64,000 nucleotides of DNA from Phyllosticta citribraziliensis (GCF_038025025.1 NW_027117342.1:1550001-1614000), one strand, 5' to 3'. Positions 1-13,784 are shown, counted from the first letter of the stretch. Notes: generated by a model not told the origin, from the sequence alone. Program-made: numbers and translations.

Positions 1-663
1 GAAAAGAAAAAGGTACAGTAACAGGACAGGGACAGGGGGAATTAGAAAGACTAGAAGAGAGACCAAAGCCACGGCAGCATAAAACAATTCGTTCGTACAA
101 GATGATGGTGATGATGATGATGATAGCCGCAGTATTCGCCCAACCAATCAGTCAGCGACAACAGCAAAAAAAAAGTGACTTTTCCAACCCATTTCGGCCC
201 AGTCCAGATTCAGTCAGTGCCCAGCGCTGCTGTAGTCCGAAACATTTGACGCCATACACCTAGCCAGACCCATGTCTTGTGCGGTGCTGTTATGTCTCAC
301 GCACGTGGTAGAACCCGGAAAATGGAAAAAAACAGAAATCCCAAAACAGAAATAGTCCGCGGCCTAGAGCCGTCTGGAGTTTGCGCCACCAACCATGAAC
401 GTGTCTAAGAATTCTCTTTCGCTTTTGTGGTGATGATGGTGATAGTGATAATGATGACGACGATGTAGATGACGGGATAGAGAATGCGAAAATTCGGTCA
501 TAAATCGCGCGGGAAATGAATGCGGACCCCAGTAGCTGCCGCATCAGCATCGATGTGCGGCTATTCTGTCGTCACTGGGCTCAACTAGCCCGTCCGCAAA
601 TAGCGCACTAGTCTGCCAACCGCGCAGACGCTAGACACCCCCCGAAAGATGTTGCAACCCGCA

Positions 664-1736
664 TCATGAGACAAACGGTCGCATGGTCGATGCGCTGCTC
701 GTGGGTGGTGCTTGCATGGCGCTAAAGGCAAACAGGGCCTTGAGGCTTCCTTGACCGGGCGAGGTGGCCGTCGGAGTCCGCTTTTGGAAGAGTTCCAGCT
801 CGCCTTCGGCTACGCCAGTTGACGTTGTGCAGCTCGGCAAGCACTTGAGCGAGCACTGCGAAAGACTTGACGGGGCGGTGGGTGGTGCCGTGACGAATGG
901 GTTGACGAGGTCGATGGAGCCGTTCCTTGATGACGTACTGTGGGGATGTCTGCGCGGGAGAAGAGGGCGGCTGGAGGGCGTGTAAGGCATTGAAACGCTC
1001 AAGGTACTCGTCGGCGTGTGAGATAACGACGGGGCGGCGCTGTGGGTGGTGGGTAGCACCATGGCTGTGTTTGCCCTGTTGTGTGTGGGACGGACTGGTC
1101 TTCTGAGGTCGAGTTCAGTCGAGGACCGGGGGAATGAACGCAGATATCGCGTGGCCTCGGTCTCTTGGGGACGTGGCTTCTCAATGTCGTGCCAGTCCGA
1201 CTCATCCTCAGAAGCGTCAGAGAAGCCATAGGATAACCTCTTGGCGGGAGCGACGGTAGGGGAGCGAGGGGGCACAATGTCGCGAGAGGGAGAGGTGTCG
1301 TCGAAAAAGAATGAGGCGTAGGGCGTGGGAGGAGGCGAAGGCTCGAAGGAGAGCTCCTTTGTGTTGTCCTTTTTGCGGCAACTGAAAGGTGTCAGGCGGC
1401 GGCAGGGCGGAGTTGTGACAAGACTTGGCATACCTTTCTGAGCAATATAATATCGAGTTGTTGGGCACGATGATCTGCTTTTCGCAGACTGTGCTGAGGA
1501 GGCATGAGCGACAGGAAGGACGCAAATGGAGAGGGAGGCGGAGGGGGAGCATACCAAAAGTTTAGGAAGCTGGCGGCCATGAGGTCGTCGTCGTCGTCTT
1601 CCTTTTTGGGCGAGGCCCTGGGTTGCTTGGCGGCAGCTGCAGAGCGCTTGGTGAAGACGGCGGATTTTGACCTCGAGTGGAGGGGGGTAGGCCTTTTAGG
1701 GTGTGTGGGAGCACGATGGTGCTGCGTCGCGGCCAT
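664..1736 (-). CDS. Ecl1/2/3-family (life-span regulatory factor) zinc-binding protein, 3 exons (1736-1555, 1493-1434, 1381-664)
   Basis: Splicing two GTATGC...CAG introns gives FLNFCTVCEKQIIVPNNSILYCSESCRKKD, the CxxC...YCSxxC Ecl1 motif, followed by a Ser/Pro-rich tail. Confidence 0.8.
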
Positions 1737-3291
1737 CTGGGGCAGCGGCGGTGTGCGAGCTTATACGGAGGAGCTGAGAGCAGAAACGGGTCGTGCGCGC
1801 TTTTAGAGCCAGGGCGGCAATAAAAGAAACGGACAGGAGTTGTGACGACAGGAGACAGACGACAGCACGCGATAGGGACGCGGGTTGAGCTATCTCGGTG
1901 TGACTGTGTTGGTGGAGCCGTCGGGTCTGCTGTGGTTTGCCTTTGTTTGCTTATCGGCCAAGGACGACTAGACGCTAGCCAGGAACACCTGTTCTGAGGA
2001 CTGAGGAGCCGTCGCCCGGTTAGCCATGTTCTTTCTGGGCCAGCCCGCCAGCCATCGGGCACAATAGCCACAAGCCATGTCGCGATGCGATGCGATGCGA
2101 TGCGATGTGACGGTCATCAGAGGTGGTTGTGCTACGCGCCGCCCTCTGCGCCCGCGGGGCCCGTCGATCTCGCTAACACGGGGTCGGGGCACCTGGAGGC
2201 CCACAGGCAGAGCGAGCGCTGCGGTGCGGCTACCGGCGGCTGAGGAATAAACGTACCGGAGGGAGATGAGGAGCGGTTATCGGACTCGAGGGTGCCGGTG
2301 GGTGGTTCAGTGGTTGGTGATGGGAGGCTTGCAGATGCTGGTCGCCGGGCAGGACGTGGAGGCGGCTATCTATATACAACAACAGCAGTCAGTCACCTCA
2401 GTCAGTCTGGGTCTGGGTCCGGGTTCTGGGCTCGTCGCTGAAGCTTCCTTCGCTCAACACCTCGCTCCAACTGCTCCACTCCACTGCTCTGGCACCCCCC
2501 GGTCGCCGGTCTGCGATCCACTGCCCTCACCCCACGAGCCCTTTCCCACTCCACAAAAGTCACGGATTTTCCATCCCGCTGCCGCATTCCCTGCAACACG
2601 ACCACATCACTTCGACCTCCAGTCTAGCCTCTGCAATCTGCACCCTCTATTATTGGCCATGACGCCCGGGTTCGTCCATGAATACGCGGCGGGTGGGTAG
2701 CATGGCATCTGGACTCGGTGGCTCCGTCTCGCGCAAGGATGTCGCTCCGTCTCTCGTCGTGACCGGTCCGCCGCTGCGGGGTGCAGTGCGCAACTGCCCG
2801 CGGGCATCGAGCGAGCAGACGCGCGCGCAAAGACACTTCCTCAGGCCCGCGACAAAAAAGCTTCCAGAAGCCTGCCAACTCGGACCACACAACGCCTTCT
2901 GCCTTGCCTTGCCAAGTTATTCGTGGCCGCCTGCTCCACTCCACCCACGGCACCTCATCACTCGCTCCTCCGTCCCTCGTGCTCGACGCTCGACGTTGCA
3001 CCACTCCCTCGGGAACGTGGCCGTATCGTGTCGTCTGTCTTTGTACCCGCTCTGCTAGTTTGCCCATAATCATTATTGACACCATGCACTCTCTCCAACG
3101 GCGCGTACAACCATCGTACATGCGCATCCTCGATAATCCTGGGCCGTGCTGTTGGACGCCAGCTGACTGTCTGACTACTGATCGGCCCTGCCGGCATCAA
3201 CCCAACTCATTGCAAGACAAAAATCCCCAGCACCCACCTGCTCCCAGGCACAGCATCCTCCAGCTGAGCCGCACGTCGAGTCCAAGCGCTG

Positions 3292-4755
3292 CTACGAGAG
3301 GCTGAATGCATCATGCTCTCCAACTTTGGAAACCTTGACGATCCGGATAGGGGTACTCGTTGCGTAAAATGGTCCCGTTTGTCTCTCAGCCAGAGGCGGT
3401 GCAAACTGAACCTCCTGGTGGTCGAGTCCGTTGCGTCCTGAAACATCCATCAGCCAATCGTTCGCCCATGACCACATAATTTTTCCACTGTGGACTGGGC
3501 GAGTCATGCGGGGGGCGACCAACGACAAACCACGGAGAATGCCTCGAATGTCTCCTCATTGCGTATTGTGGCAGCGATCAAAATATTCAGCGACGGCTGC
3601 CGTTGCAGCATGTCCGCCAGTGTCGCCACGAGCGCCGGGATAACCGTTTTGTCGTACGTCTGGCCAACGGCACGTTAGTCAAGAATGGCATCCGAGAGGC
3701 AACAACTTATGTTTGCGGCTTACGACGTCTGCCCCGAGAACCACGTCATATTGGTTCTGTTGACCCTCGTCCTCGTAGTAAAGGCTGTCTCGCAGGGCGC
3801 AGCTGCGACCCCACCTGAGCACGATTGACTCGGTGTCTGCTGCCGTGTCGAGTCCATTCAGGAACACGTTGGTCTTGATGCTGTCAACGACCCCTTCGTC
3901 GCCGTCTGTGATCGTGGCTCTTGACGCGTCCACATGTTTCGCGCAAAGAATCGACACCAACCCTGTGCCAGCGCCCAATTCCAGGATTCTCTTGCCGCGG
4001 ATCCATTGGCTACCGGCCTCTGTCGTGAGGAATGCCCCCAAGTGCAAGGCTGCTTCCCACGTGCGGAGACCAGTGGTTCCGGACGACGAGATAATCGAAC
4101 GCGACTCGAGCAAGGTGACGGTCCGCTCGTGGCCAAAATCATAGCTAACGTACGACTTTGCTTGTGCGGATGCAGACTCGGAGGGCAGGTTGGAACTCAA
4201 AAGAAGAGATAGAGCCGACATGAGATTGTCCGAAATCTCCTACACCAGTAACGATGCATCTATTAGTATGTACATGACGAAAGTGGACGACCCAACATTG
4301 ATGTTGCGAAAAGTAGACGAGATGAAGAAAAGAAGTCCGCCCAGTATTCAGAAATCTTGACGGCTCCAAAACACTCTCTTGTCTCATGTGCCCGACTGAC
4401 ACTCTAGAGAGAGACTCCAAGGAAAAGCAAAGCATATTGTGCGCAAGACATGGAAATGGAAAGAATTTGCAAATGATGCAAGAGGGGATGGGAGATGGCA
4501 TACGTCCTCCTCAGGGTCCTCAATGGCTTCTTCAATCCTCGTCATGAGCTTCTTGAGCACCCGCGCTTGATATCTCTCTGGTGGCAGATATTGGGTCCAG
4601 TCCTGATCAAACATGTGTTGGAAAAGCCACTGCTGGACATGGGCCTTTTTCAAAACCTGCGATGCAGGCCATGCCAGGGAGTCTGCATCGACGAGCTGCA
4701 AGTATTGACGGCAGAATATCTGCAGCTCCTGCTCCTCATCAGCGTGCAGTGACAT
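3292..4755 (-). CDS. EFM3: Protein-lysine N-methyltransferase Efm3/EEF2KMT (FAM86-like N-terminus + Methyltransf_16), 4 exons
   Basis: N-terminal RQYLQL...PPERYQARVLKKL, then GTTGLRTWEAALHL, ILELGAGTGLVS, TDGD, VLGADV|TYD and IAATIRNEETF; introns at about 4503-4240, 3723-3660 and near 3525-3438. Confidence 0.85.
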
Positions 4756-5114
4756 GTCGACAGCACTGTACAAGAATGAAAGTGATGCTCGAGCGGAATG
4801 CCGTGAAGAGTGAAGACTGAAGAGGCGCAAAACGCCAAGTGGTGTTCGCCTCGCCTAGTCGGGCCTAGCGGGTGGTCCGAGCGCGCACCACGCTGCGAAA
4901 TCCATCTTGACTTTCCTTTAGGTTTTGACATCGCGACGACGACGACTTGCTGCGCCAACCACCTCTCATCAACAGGACCCTGCTGCCGGACTTCGAGTCT
5001 CTTCCTGTAAGCCTCGCATCTCGCATTCCGTCGCCAGCCTCGTCAAACACTGAAAATTGACACTAACTCGACGATTCCTCAGCCCGTCCCGGTCCCTTTG
5101 ATACCTTAGTCAAC

Positions 5115-5661
5115 ATGTCCGACTCGCAAGTCACTCTGCGCACGCGCAAGTTCATCCGCAACCCTCTCCTTGCCCGCAAGCAGATGGTTGTGTAAGTGCA
5201 CCCATCGCCACGCTGCTCGCAGCACGTCTAACGACAACCTCCAGGGACGTCCTCCACCCCAACCGTGCCAACGTCTCCAAGGATGAGCTCCGCGAGAAGC
5301 TTGCCCAGCTCTACAAGGCCCAGAAGGACCAGGTTTCCGTCTTCGGCTTCCGCACCCAGTACGGTGGCGGCAAGAGCACCGGCTTCGCCCTCGTCTACGA
5401 CTCCGAGGAGGCCATGAAGAAGTTCGAGCCCCACTACAGGCTCGTCCGTGTCGGCCTCGCCTCCAAGATCGAGAAGGCTTCCAGGCAACAGCGTACGTAC
5501 ACCTGGATCTACAAGGGACGCACCGAATGCGGGCGTTACCTGGAATGGGGATTGCTTTTGCTGACGCGGCTGGCACAACAGGCAAGCAGCGCAAGAACAG
5601 GAGCAAGAAGTTCCGCGGCGTCGCCAAGACCAAGGGCCCCAGCAGCAAGAAGGAGAAATAA
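5115..5661 (+). CDS. RPS24: 40S ribosomal protein S24 (eS24), 3 exons
   Basis: [46 protein letters not shown]...[20 protein letters not shown]...[12 protein letters not shown]; strongly biased codon usage. Confidence 0.97.
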
Positions 5662-6612
5662 GCGGCTCGCTAGCAGAAGGGTCGGTGAAAAAGAATCATG
5701 TGTCTCATGGTTGGAGTCCAGGCCAAGGGAGGATGAGCAGGTGGTTCGGATTCCTGAATCTGATCTTCCGACATGGCAAAAATGCGCTCAGGGTAAAAGC
5801 TGGCTTTTGTCTGGCCTGCTGACCCAGCCCGGCGCAGTATACCAATGGAATCTCTTTGACGATCAAGCGCAAAATGGAAATGAACAAGTGGTTCGAGACG
5901 ACGCGACGCGGCTCCCAGGCAGTTTATCCAGTGCCTTTTTCCGAGCGACTTGGCAGCTCTCAATGTCCATCTTTTCAATGCCCATGAATAATACAGAATT
6001 GTCGAACGAAATCGCCAATGACCGTGCAAAGGCCTGCGAGTCGTGACTGGACAGCCTCTTCACAGTTGGGTATCTCCAAGTCTAGCTTGCGATTCATCGT
6101 GAGCTTGTGTTCTATCTTCCCGGTAATTCCTGTCCCTGTCCCGCAAGCCATGCCATGTCCGTGTAGCCTATAAATCCGTGCTGCCTGGCAGACCTGACTG
6201 CAAATCTGGAGTGCGGGCCACTCCACTGATCTGCGGGACCGAGCAAATTGTTAGGCTGAGCTGCAATCAATTTAAGCCCATACGAGCCAATACTGCGAAC
6301 AAATGGAGAATTCTTGAAGCCCTCTGTAGCAAGCAACTATCGTGATGAGCTTGATTAGGCAACAACTGGGACAGGGTAGCAAGGCGGGAGGAAAGCACGG
6401 GCTTACTGTCTTCCGCGAACGCGCTAGCGGGCGACCAAGCAGACGTCACCTCTCGCTTCAACCGCCAGCCCCATTCCCCAGGATCTCTGCCAACATCTCT
6501 ACAGCTCAGCTCTCTACCACTGTCTACCCCTGCTACATCCAGCTCTTTGATTGTCGCGTCCGCGTCCACCCTCACCTCTGCGACTATCGCTGGCGCCTTC
6601 TTACCATTCGTC

Positions 6613-8781
6613 ATGTGGGACGACGAGGACAACAACCCGTACGGCTCGTTCGAGCGCCACGACACCTCCCCTCCGCGTCATACTGGCTCACCCGGTGGTT
6701 GTAAGATCATCTTGTCACTGTTGTGAACTGAACTTGGGCCTGATATTGATCCAGTCCGGTCCCCGACTCCTCCATCGGAGGCCTCGTCCCCGCCGCCTTT
6801 CGACTCTCCGGAATACCTGGGCGGCCAACGACGCGACCTAAGCGACGTCGAGTACGACGATGAGCCCCAAGAGGACCGGCGCATTGAGCCCAAGAAGGGT
6901 GGCTACGACAGCCGAATTGAGCAAATCTTATACGAGAACCCAGATTTGCCCATTCTCATCACATCCGCGGGAAAGAACTCCGAAGGCGGCGGCAAGTACA
7001 TTGTTTATACCATCAGGACAGGAGTAATATCTCTCCCACGCGTCTTTCTGGGTAGAGGCTGATGTGACATATCAGGATCTTGAGGCGCGCCGCAGGTATT
7101 CGGAATTCGCGTCGCTTCGACAGACGCTCGTCAACCTACATCCCACTCTTATCATCCCGCCCATACCTGAAAAGCACACCCCGGCGGATTATGTTGCCAA
7201 GCCGATGAAGGCCAAGGAAGATCAAGGGATAATAGAGTTGCGCAAGAGGATGTTGGCCGTGTTCTTGAACCGCTGTCGCAAAATGAAGGATGTTCGGGAG
7301 GACGGTGTGTGGTGGAGGTTCTTGGATCCCAACGTCAGCTGGGTAAGGTCGTCAACCATAGAACCTGCAAAGATGGACACTTACACGGACCAGAGCGAGG
7401 TCCTCCATTCGCATCCAGTCGCGTCTCTACCTCCTAACAGGCTGAAGGCACCGCCTCTTGACGCCGCAAACCCAACCCCAGGCCACATGTACCTTCCTGT
7501 GCCGGCTCCGTCGGCAAAGCTCAAGTCAACAACGGGTGGTTTGTCCTCCAGTGGCACGCCTACCTCTCCGCCACAGCATAATGCTCAACCGTCCACAGCT
7601 GCACATACGATACCTGGTCCCCAGGTTTTCGGTCGCTTCCCACCGACGTCGCAAAATCTTTCAGAAGAAGAGCTGGACCCTTACTTTGTCAATTTCGAGG
7701 CGTCGTCAAAGGAGCTGGAACACTTGCTGCAAGGCAGCATGGAAAAGGTTAACCGTCGCACTCTAAATCACTTGAACCTGTGGGGCGACGACATGGCAGA
7801 GCTGGGTGCCAGATACAATGCTTTTGCTTTGAATGAGCAGTCGCGCACTCTTTCCCAAGCGATTGAAAAAATGGGACAGGCTGTCGACTCTACATACATT
7901 GCGACTGCCGAGCTCTCCTCGACGTTAAGCGCAAATTTCGCTGAGCCGATGCGCGAAAGCGCACAATTTGCTGGAATTGTGCGGGATGTCCTTCGCTACC
8001 GCATTCTGAAGAGAGTGCAAGAGGAGATGACCAAAGAAGAATTGGAAAAGAAGAGGAACTTGCTCAAATCCCTGGAGCTGAGCGAGGCCGAAGCGAAGCG
8101 CATCGATCAGTACCTCAGCCAAACTGGAGCGTCGACAGCGCCACCTAGAAGGTCACTTTCGTCGGCCTCGCGAAGCAGCACCGAACAGCGGCCCAGGGAA
8201 GAGGACACGGCATCAATCGACTCGGACTTCCCACCTACACACGGTGAAGGCTACCCCCCTCCATCTGCTTCTCAAGGCGCTCCGCAAACTTCAGAGCCGT
8301 CGTCGCCTGTCCACAAAAAGACGGCCAGCGGCAATTTTGTGACCACAAAACTCTTCGGCAGAGTCAGCCATGCATTCCAAGGCATTGTAGATGTCGATCC
8401 CGAAAGAACTCGGCGGGATCAGATCGGCAAGACTAGGGAAAGTCTGATCCAGGTGGGTAATCTCCTTTCGGTCCCGAGAACAATGCTAATGTGTACAGCT
8501 CGAGCAAGCATTGCAGGTGGCAGAGCAGGATGTCAAGGACGCTAGCATCGGTGTTTTGCGAGACTTGAAGAGATTCCAGGCGGAGAAGGAGAATGACCTC
8601 AGGCGCTACATGGTATGTTCAACCCTGTCACTCAACAACCCTTTCCAGATGGGGTTCTGGTTCTGACGCAGACAAGATTGCATTCGCCAAATGCCACATC
8701 GAATGGGCAAGGCGCAACCAGCAGTCGTGGGAAGAGGCGAAGCAGGAAATTCAGCACATCGAGGCGGCTGCCACCGAATAG
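6613..8781 (+). CDS. SNX41: Sorting nexin-41 / Atg20-like PX-BAR protein (multi-exon)
   Basis: Start MWDDEDNNPYGSF; PX motif RRRYSEFASLRQTLVNLHPTLIIPPIPEKH; BAR helices; DVDPERTRRDQIGKTRE; C-terminal FAKCHIEWARRNQQSWEEAK. Confidence 0.88.
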
Positions 8782-9643
8782 GAGCAGATTTGCGAGACGA
8801 CGATACCACTTTTCATTGTTTTTTCCCCCTTCCGATTTACGGACGACTCCCTCATCAAGCTCGGCTCGGGAATCGGGCAGTCTGGCAGCTGGACTCTACC
8901 TAGCTAAATCAGTGCCCATGCTTTTGATGACGATGACGCCTTGCTCGTTTGGCCATGGCTGGTTTTTTTAATTGCTGGCTGGTACTGGGGCTGTATGGTA
9001 GGAGAAGGAGACAGGCAGGCATGTAGAACTAATTCGAGGATGATACCGTTGACTGCCAAGCACGTCTATGGAGCGAGCAAGTCTGGAGCGACCCGAGGGC
9101 TCGTACGAGATGAAATCATGATGTTGCTAACTATGGGTATGGGTTCACGAGCTGACTGAGTCTCTAGTCAACTCTCTCTTGCTTCACACGGTTTGCGACA
9201 GCTAGTGAGCTGCCAGCCACTTCCTTCAAATAGCATGTAGAGAAGCCTCTCCTTGGCAGCCTGCCACTTTGGCTGCACATGGTCTGTCTCCCCATCTGTG
9301 CGTCTATCTGCATTCTCGCTCCGACTACCATAAAAGAGAAAATGCATGTCAGCACATGCCGCTCTAAAAGCCACAGTCCCGAGTATTGACATGACGTCAC
9401 ACTTCCAGTAAGTGCCGACGATTGCTTCGAAGACGTGTGAGCGTCTCGGTTGACTGGCGGTTCTCCACCTCGCTGGTCCGTCGGCATGAGGATTTGCGCC
9501 CAAGCAAGTGAGACAGCCAGCCAGTGTCTTCGCACGGTGCAGTAGAGCTGCCGTTTGTTGTTCTTTCGAAGTCTTGCCGTCGAGATTCATGTGTCGCATG
9601 TCGTCGACCGACCGAATCGAAACCGAATCGTGACACCGCGGCA

Positions 9644-9763
9644 TCAGGAGCGCTCGCCGTGGACCTCGTGGATGGACAGGCGCTCTGCGTCGCGCTTTGC
9701 CGCGCTTTGACCGCGGCCGACACCATCGGCATTGCCGTCCCTTTCGACCAGCTCGGGAGCGCC

Positions 9764-9797
<34 letters not shown>

Positions 9798-11313
9798 CCC
9801 TCGAGGTCGCTATACGGCGGGTGCTGCAGCCCATCACCATCCGGATATTGGTGGTCCTCAGGAGGGGAGCCCAAGGTTGCCGCGGCGTTAGCAGCCCTCC
9901 AGCGATCGACGCGACGGCGCCAGGGGCGGTACAAAAGGACACTGACGACGCCGCCGACGACAAACGTACCGCAGATGGCGCCGCCGATGATTTCGTAGCT
10001 GTCGCCGGCGCGCGCGACGCCGTCCCAAAAGGGGCCGGTGGGCTCGGCGACGTTGAGGACCAGGCTGAGCAGCTGCAGCACGCCGACGACGAGGGCCACG
10101 AGCACGGTGATGACGGTCAGCACGATGCTGTAGTAGAGCACGGCGAGCGTGTCGCGCGCCAGCGACGTCGACGTGTAGAGTGCCATCATCAGCGCGCCGT
10201 CGGTCGTGTCGAGGAGGCACATGCCGGCCGTGAAGAGGAGGGGAAAGAGCAGAATTAGCCAGATGGATGTGCCCGATGCGGCTTGGATCGAGGATATGCC
10301 GAGCAGTGCAATCTCTGACGACGTGTCGAAGCCCAGGCCGAAGAGGACGCCGAGCGGATACATTTTCCAGGGACTGCGGCGGAGGCACTGTTAATATGCA
10401 GTGGATCTTAGGGGGCCGGAGATGGAGGACGAGAAGTGGAGGGGGATTGCTACGAACCGATCTATGAGCTTGAACATGGCCTTGAGGACATTGAATAAGC
10501 AGCCGGCTCCGGTAATCTTGAAGTTTTGCTCCTCGCCGGGTTGCATGGCAATGGCCTGACGCAGCTGCTTGATCAACTTGTACAAGACATAGCTGTTCAA
10601 GATGCCCAGCAGGATAAGGAACGCGGCCGAGACGGACGTGCCAATGATGCCGCCGACGCGGGAGAAGCTGTCAAACTTGGACGAGACGGCCGAGGCCGTC
10701 GCCGCGACCACGATGGATGTGATGACGACGATACTGGGGCAGCGTTAGCTTTTCTCAGCATGTCGTGCTGGTGTGGTGCGAATCTACGTTGAGTGGCCAA
10801 GGGAAAAGAACATGCCGACAGTGACGGGACGTTGTCCGCTGGCAATGAGGCGGCGGGTCATCAAGTCAATGGCCTACTAATATCAGTCTGCGTTTGTTCC
10901 GTAAATCTTCATTGGCTGACTCACTGAAATGTGGTCAGCGTCCAAGGCATGACGCAGCCCCAGTGTGTACGACAGCACGGCAGTGGAGATGAGGGCACTT
11001 CGAAAGTCAGAAACGTCGCAATATAACCATGGGAAGAGTCCTCACGGATGGAAATGCTGTTGTCACAAAAGTCAGCTTCATTCTCGCCAGGGATGCGGGG
11101 GAATCTTGCCAAAACTACGCCGACAGCTACCCAGAGCAGAACATTGACAACCGCGACTGAAACTATCACCGCGATCGAAGCAAAGGGCAGCTTTCTCAAG
11201 TACGGCACTCGGCCATGGTAGTATTCTGCCTTTTTCGAGGCACTGTTGAGAAAACCACGGCCTTCGTGCGAGGTGCCGTCCGAAGACGGATACGATTGCA
11301 GAGCATCAGCCAT
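9644..11313 (-). CDS. High-affinity nickel/cobalt transporter (NiCoT family, Nic1-like), multi-exon
   Basis: Spliced sequence contains LGLRHALDADHIS, FFSLGHST and MYPLGVLFGLGFDTSSEIALL, the NiCoT signatures; several TM segments; polyQ in the C-terminal tail. Confidence 0.92.
9767..9796. repeat. (CTG)10 microsatellite encoding polyQ in the NiCoT C-terminal tail
   Basis: Directly visible tandem triplets. Confidence 0.95.
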
Positions 11314-11694
11314 CTTTGACCAGGAATCGGGAGGGTTACGAGCAGGACGAGAAGTCTCCCGGACGCGTCGACGAAATTCCTCACGCGTGAAGCTCCCAAA
11401 GCATGGTATGCTAGGCTGGCAGAGGTACAAATTTATCTGTGAGGCACAGCGACGGCCGGATTATTATTGTGCTCATGTCTGGCACTAGCTGCTCGTGGAG
11501 ATGGTGGGGTTGACCGCTGCGCCAAGATAGCGCTAGAGCTGTTATCTACCCAATCCGGGCAAGTCCCGAGTAATTCGCAAATGTCAAGGCCGGAGGTCTG
11601 CGAAGGGCGAGAGAAAAGAAAAAACTTTTGCTGCAAGCGAAGGACGGTTACAGGTTGATCGCTGGATTGAATTCTGCCTAAGGTCGGTCGGCCG

Positions 11695-13288
11695 CTACCG
11701 ATATCTGGAGAAGCAGAGACTAGCATTAGTGCCTCCGAACCCAAACGAGTTTGACAGCGCAACTTCGATGCTTTTTTCCTGTGCTGTTTTGGGTACGTAG
11801 TTGCAGTCAAAATCTTGAGGAGGATCTCCAGGCTCGTCAAGATTGAGCGTGGGGGGGAGAATGCCCTGCAAACTGTCAGCAAACTGGAATCAATAGACCA
11901 AATCTTACCACCTACGTGATGAAGCGCCAACACTGTGAAGATAGCCTCGACAGAACCGGCGGCACCAAGGAGGTGACCAATGGCTCCTTTGGTGCTACTG
12001 ATGTTGATGGATGAAGCTTTGCCGCGTCCTTCATGGCCAAGAAGCAAAGATTTGATTGCAGCATTCTCAGCTGCATCTCCTAGTAGCGTCGACGTGGCGT
12101 GAGCGTTGACATAGTCCACAGCACTTGGTGGAAGCTTTGCATTCTTCAGAGCCCTCTTCATGGCACGAAAAGGACCATCTCCGTCTTCTTTTGGAGCGGT
12201 CATGTGGTAGGCATCCGCAGACAGTCCATAGCCCTTCAGCTCGGCGTAAATCCTGGCATTTCGGGACTTTGCATGCTCAAGCTCCTAAGAATTGTGTTAG
12301 CCACGCTGGATACCACAATTAACAGTGATCAGCCATGTACCTCAAGAACCAAAACGCCAGCACCTTCACCAATGACAAATCCGGCTCTGTTCCTATCGAA
12401 TGGCCTTGATGACAGATGCGGCGTGTCATTCCAATCAGTCGCAAGACTTCTGGCTCGCGCAAAACCTGCCATGGCAAGTGGATGAATGCATGATTCAGCA
12501 CCGCCTGCTATCATGACGTCTGCATCACCATAGGCAATGAAGCGAGCAGCATCTCCGATTGCATGCGCACCTGTCGTGCATGCCGTCGTTGCCGCATGGT
12601 TTGGTCCTTTCAGCCCAAATCTCATTGAAATATGGCCCGCAGCCAGGTTGATGAGAAGGCGAGGCACAAACAGGGGGGAGACTTTTCGATAACCCTTGAC
12701 GGCCATCAGCATTAAATGGGTTTTGATGGAAATGTAACTCACTCCTTTTTCATAGGCCACTGAGGTCTCGTAAACATCTTCAAAACTCCCGATTCCAGAG
12801 CCAATGTAGACACCCTGGTCGATATTAGTGAGGGGCTCGCCATGCTCAGCAGCGCTTCTCACAGTGGTTTCCAATTCCTCTTCGGTCTTTGGGTGCCATT
12901 GAGCATCTTCAAGAGCCTCGTGGGAGGCAGCCATGGCATATTGGGCGAAAAGTGCCATTTTTCTTTCATCCTGCCTCGGCATCAGTTTTTGTTTTCACGC
13001 TGTTGGCTTCGACTTACACCCGGCTGGAGCCATTCTTTAGGATCCCATTCTCCGTCTTTCTTCACACCGGACGGAATCACTGCAGCAACTTGGCTAGGTA
13101 AAGCTGCGAATTGCGGACCTCTGTCTTTGACAGAAACAACGCCACAGTGGCCGTCGAGGAGACGCGACCAAGTTCGGCGGATGCCTGGAATAACAGTCAA
13201 CTTGTGAGCTGCGTCGTTGCATCAACCATCTCTTACCAACACCCAAAGGCGTCACGGCACCTAGACCAGTAACCACCACTCTCCGCAT
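11695..13288 (-). CDS. CEM1: Mitochondrial 3-oxoacyl-[ACP] synthase (KAS II/FabF-like), multi-exon
   Basis: [18 protein letters not shown]; catalytic [36 protein letters not shown]-terminal [13 protein letters not shown]. Confidence 0.93.
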
Positions 13289-13769
13289 GGCATGTTTTTG
13301 ATGTTGAAGTCGTGAACGAAGCGCGTGACGCCGTTTGTCGGGTGGAGAGAAAGTCGCGGAGCACCGGCCACCACTTTTTCTGAGCAGCGCCGCTGATTGG
13401 CTCGTTGCGTCACGTCCATCTCCAGCTCAACTTCGAAGCACCCGACTCCAACTACAAACCAAGGCGACATCCATTTTCAGTCTGCAATTCGATACACTCT
13501 ACACAATTCTGTACTCAGTCATTCTCGCTGATCAGCTGGCCCCGTTTCCCAGCCGCCGGATCCGAAACTAATCTCAAGTGAACACATCAACATTACAGCG
13601 CGACCATGGACTGATTGCAACTCTACACCGAGGCTCCCAGCAGCTCCGAAGACGTGCGAGTGGTGTTGCATGAATGATACCATGCCTTGTGACAAAGTAG
13701 GACGAATGGCTCGTGCTTACGGTAGCTCCTAGGTCGGTGGTCAGTCCTCCTTTGCGTCAGCGGTCCGAG

Positions 13770-13784
13770 GCCATCAAGGTGTTC
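13770..13784 (+). promoter_or_regulatory. Putative ZafA-type zinc-response motif GCCATCAAGGTGTTC
   Basis: Matches all 15 positions of the recalled Aspergillus consensus DYYVYCARGGTVYYY; its first 11 nt recur at 14041. Confidence 0.55.

Noticed and set aside
2081..2107. (GCGAT)n and other short tandem repeats (about 103 GAT, 30562 ACCGC, 38181 CGGAG, 60688 TGGT)
   Set aside because: Ordinary microsatellites with no spacers; not CRISPR-like.
9524..10258. Long antisense ORFs over GC-rich genes (e.g. 9524-10258, 17857-18762, 27681-28325, 38819-39643, 45476-46198)
   Set aside because: They are shadows of real genes on the opposite strand, explained by high GC3 codon bias, and have no recognisable motifs.
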